Under the pieces are notes generated by a model, which was not told where the DNA came from, did no database searches, and was given only the letters and a program-made list of their open reading frames with translations. A program made the position numbers and the translations under genes. Source: an uncultured Actinomycetes bacterium (GTDB lineage: Bacteria; Actinomycetota; Actinomycetes; S36-B12; UBA10799). Taken from it: a stretch of 64,000 nt of DNA. Shown piece after piece: positions 62,056 to 64,000 of this stretch (positions within the stretch are counted from its first letter, which is position 1; every line of letters begins with the position of its first letter). Where the stretch lies: positions 517,697 to 581,696 of the forward strand of contig CAWGCB010000006.1 of NCBI GenBank assembly GCA_963821045.1, given 5' to 3'.

Positions 62056-62650
62056 ATGTTGGTGGAGCTGAGTGTTATGGAGCAGAGGTATCAGGCCGTG
62101 TTGGCTGTTGTTGGTGAGGGAATCTCGGTGACGGAGGTGTCGTCGCGTTTCGGGGTTCTCGTCAGACGGTTCATCGCGTGGCTTGCTAGGTATGAGGCTG
62201 GTGGGATCGCTGCGCTGGCTGATCGTTCTCACGCGGTGAGGAGTTGCCCGCATCAGATGGATCCTGATGTTGAGGTGCTGGTTGTTCAGATGCGCTTGGA
62301 GCATCGGGGGTGGGGTCAGCGCCGAGATGAAGATTTCGCCGCTGGGAACGTGGTGGTCCGATGGAGCTGTGGCAGATGGACATGGTTGGTGGTGTTCTGC
62401 TTGCCGATGACACTGTCTTGAAGGTCTTGACTGGGGTGGACGATCATTCACGGTTCTGCGTGTGCGCGGGGCTGATGGTGCGGGCAACGTCGCGGGCGGT
62501 ATGTGAGCACTTTTTAGCGGCGATGCGCGCTCATGGGGTGCCCCAGGAGTTGCTGACCGATAACGGCAAGCAGTTCACCGGTCGGTTCGGGGTGAAACCG
62601 GTTGAGGTGTTGTTTGGTCGGATGTGTCGGGAGGAGTTTTCGATGCAATC
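62056..62650 (+). mobile_element. IS481-family transposase remnant (HTH N-terminus and first part of the DDE core, in two frames, internally deleted and 3' truncated)
   Basis: LSVMEQRYQAVLAVVGEGISVTEV...RYEAGGIAALADRSH..CPHQM is in ORF 62056... ELWQMDMVGG..LKVLTGVDDHSRFCV...LLTDNGKQFTGRFG...EVLFGRMCRE is in ORF 62361... About 70 aa between the parts and the whole C-terminal half are missing. Confidence 0.8.
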
Positions 62651-62760
62651 GGGTGAAATGCGTCGCAAACTCTCGCGATTCCCTTAGTTGGTTTGCCTGT
62701 CATGCCGATAGACAAAGTATGGCGTGTGCAACAGCAAGTGTAGGCAAACGCGGGCGGTTG

Positions 62761-63597
62761 ATGTCCGTGGCTGCTCTCCTTGTTGTCGCCTTTTTGGGCC
62801 TCGCCGGTTTGGCCGCACCTACTGCTGCGCAGGCGCTAGGCGGCACTAGCTATGTCGTTGCCACCACTGGATCCGACAGCAACCCAGGGATTGTCGAGGA
62901 ACCCTTTGCCACGATCGAGAAAGGGTTGAAGACTCTCGTGCCGGGTGACACCCTTCTAGTGCGCGGCGGAACATATGAAGAGCGCATCCGCAACCCGTAC
63001 ATTGATGCGGCTACGAGCGAGAATGCCATCCACGTTAAAAACTTTCCCGGGGAACAACCCGTCGTCCAAGGTCTCTTCTGGCTGAAGAACCATGACTACT
63101 GGCACATTTCCGGAATCGATGTCACGTGGGACAGTGCGAATGCCAGCAACGAGCACATGGTCAAGATGACCAACGGGACCGGATGGTCATTCACCGATAG
63201 CGACATCGGTAATGCTCACTCCTTCGCGGGACTGCTTGTGGCCGGGACCCCCACCAACTGGACCATAGCGAACAACTACATTCACGACACTTACCCAACG
63301 AACGGCATCAATCAAGATCACCTTATTTATGTCAACACAGAAACTGGTGGCGCTGGAGTTATCGAGCGTAACCTCTTGGTCAATAGCGAGAATGGGCGCG
63401 CAATCAAGGTTGGTGCCTCGTCAAGTTCAAGTACCTATGGTGTTGACAACATCACCATTCGCTACAACACGATGCACAACAACCTTGGCCCATCAAGCGT
63501 CCAGCTTGCCTACAACGCGAACAACAATGAGATCTACCGCAACATCATGACGAAACCAGGTGCGAACCGGTCAGCCGTTACCGCGTTGAGTACTTAG
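62761..63597 (+). CDS. secreted right-handed parallel beta-helix (pectin-lyase-fold) protein; reading frame appears to continue past the stop in other frames
   Basis: Signal peptide MSVAALLVVAFLGLAGLAAPTAAQA. The block YVVATTGSDSNPG..EPFATIEKGLKTLVPGDTLLVRGGTYEE is typical of DUF1565/beta-helix proteins. Repeated N-x-I/V-x-x-N rungs. Rung-like sequence (GTNNTVRDN; IVSNNIESDP) continues after 63597 in shifted frames. Confidence 0.65.
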   Translation: MSVAALLVVAFLGLAGLAAPTAAQALGGTSYVVATTGSDSNPGIVEEPFATIEKGLKTLVPGDTLLVRGGTYEERIRNPYIDAATSENAIHVKNFPGEQPVVQGLFWLKNHDYWHISGIDVTWDSANASNEHMVKMTNGTGWSFTDSDIGNAHSFAGLLVAGTPTNWTIANNYIHDTYPTNGINQDHLIYVNTETGGAGVIERNLLVNSENGRAIKVGASSSSSTYGVDNITIRYNTMHNNLGPSSVQLAYNANNNEIYRNIMTKPGANRSAVTALST

Positions 63598-63853
63598 AGG
63601 GGTACTAACAACACGGTTCGGGACAACGCTGGTACTACAACGCTGTCCGGGTGGCGGACGTTGATCCGGGACTCATCGTGAGCAACAACATCGAAAGCGA
63701 TCCCCAATACGCGACCACTAGTGGTCAACTAGCGGCGACTAGTGATGTCTCGGCCTCGTATGGTCACAATGCGGCGATCAATCCGACTCCCGAGCCGACA
63801 CAGTCTGAAGACTTCCGACGATTGAGCCCAGCCCTACCGACACGATCCCGGTA

Positions 63854-63943
63854 GAGTCGACGCCGACTGAAGCTCCCGTTACCGAATCGACTCCAGTTGA
63901 GTCGACGCCGACTGAGGCTCCCGTTACGGAATCGACTCCGGTC
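63854..63943 (+). repeat. 2 x 45-nt tandem repeat encoding ESTPTEAPVTESTPV (Pro/Thr/Glu linker)
   Basis: Read directly: gagtcgacgccgactgaagctcccgttaccgaatcgactccagtt, then gagtcgacgccgactgaggctcccgttacggaatcgactccggtc (4 substitutions, all synonymous third positions in the P/T/E frame). Confidence 0.9.
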
Positions 63944-64000
63944 GTCGATCGCCCACACCTCCGGCGCCTGAAATCACTAAACAGCCGAAAAAGAAGGCCA

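Noticed and set aside
61727-62071. 114-aa ORF spanning the tRNA-Met gene.
   Set aside because: It overlaps a well-folding tRNA and the start of the IS remnant, and has no coding signature of its own.

Overview
This is a chromosomal core segment from a high-GC Gram-positive bacterium (Actinomycetota). Gene identities come from motifs I recognise in the ORF translations; no database search was run. The backbone follows the conserved actinobacterial order: leuS, degV, plsY, comEA, comEC, holA, rpsT, lepA, fadD, hemW, then hrcA, dnaJ, rsmE, HIT, phoH, ybeY, CBS/CorC, era, then recO, uppS, CDF, zur, glyS, dus, dgt, dnaG, tRNA-Asn. There are three tRNA genes (Ala-GGC, Asn-GTT, Met-CAT). There are no rRNA genes, CRISPR arrays or intact prophage. 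Three stretches look lineage-specific. (1) About 7.7 kb lies between hemW and hrcA. It encodes only envelope proteases (S8 subtilase, a TM-anchored Lon-C-only S16 protease, a PrsW intramembrane protease) and small Pro-rich polytopic proteins (3 tandem RDD paralogues, DUF4870). This is my best candidate for an undescribed system. (2) The era-recO gap holds a decayed G-skewed DUF222/HNH element, a DUF305 protein, and otsA plus an OtsB-GH15 fusion. (3) Downstream of tRNA-Met there is an IS481-family transposase remnant and a lower-GC secreted beta-helix protein with a Pro/Thr/Glu tandem repeat. A notable technical or biological oddity is that frame disruptions are strongly clustered. leuS and glyS are each broken into many frames. 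The ABC ATPase, otsB-GH15, a class V aminotransferase, dnaG, the HNH gene and the beta-helix gene also carry frame disruptions. Long neighbours such as comEC, lepA, fadD and the GH15 portion are intact. Most indels I traced to the base are length changes in short mononucleotide runs (G5, A4, GGG, TTT, GG); the aminotransferase one is a single-base deletion at a GGC|GCC junction. This favours unpolished or low-coverage assembly patches over real pseudogenisation.
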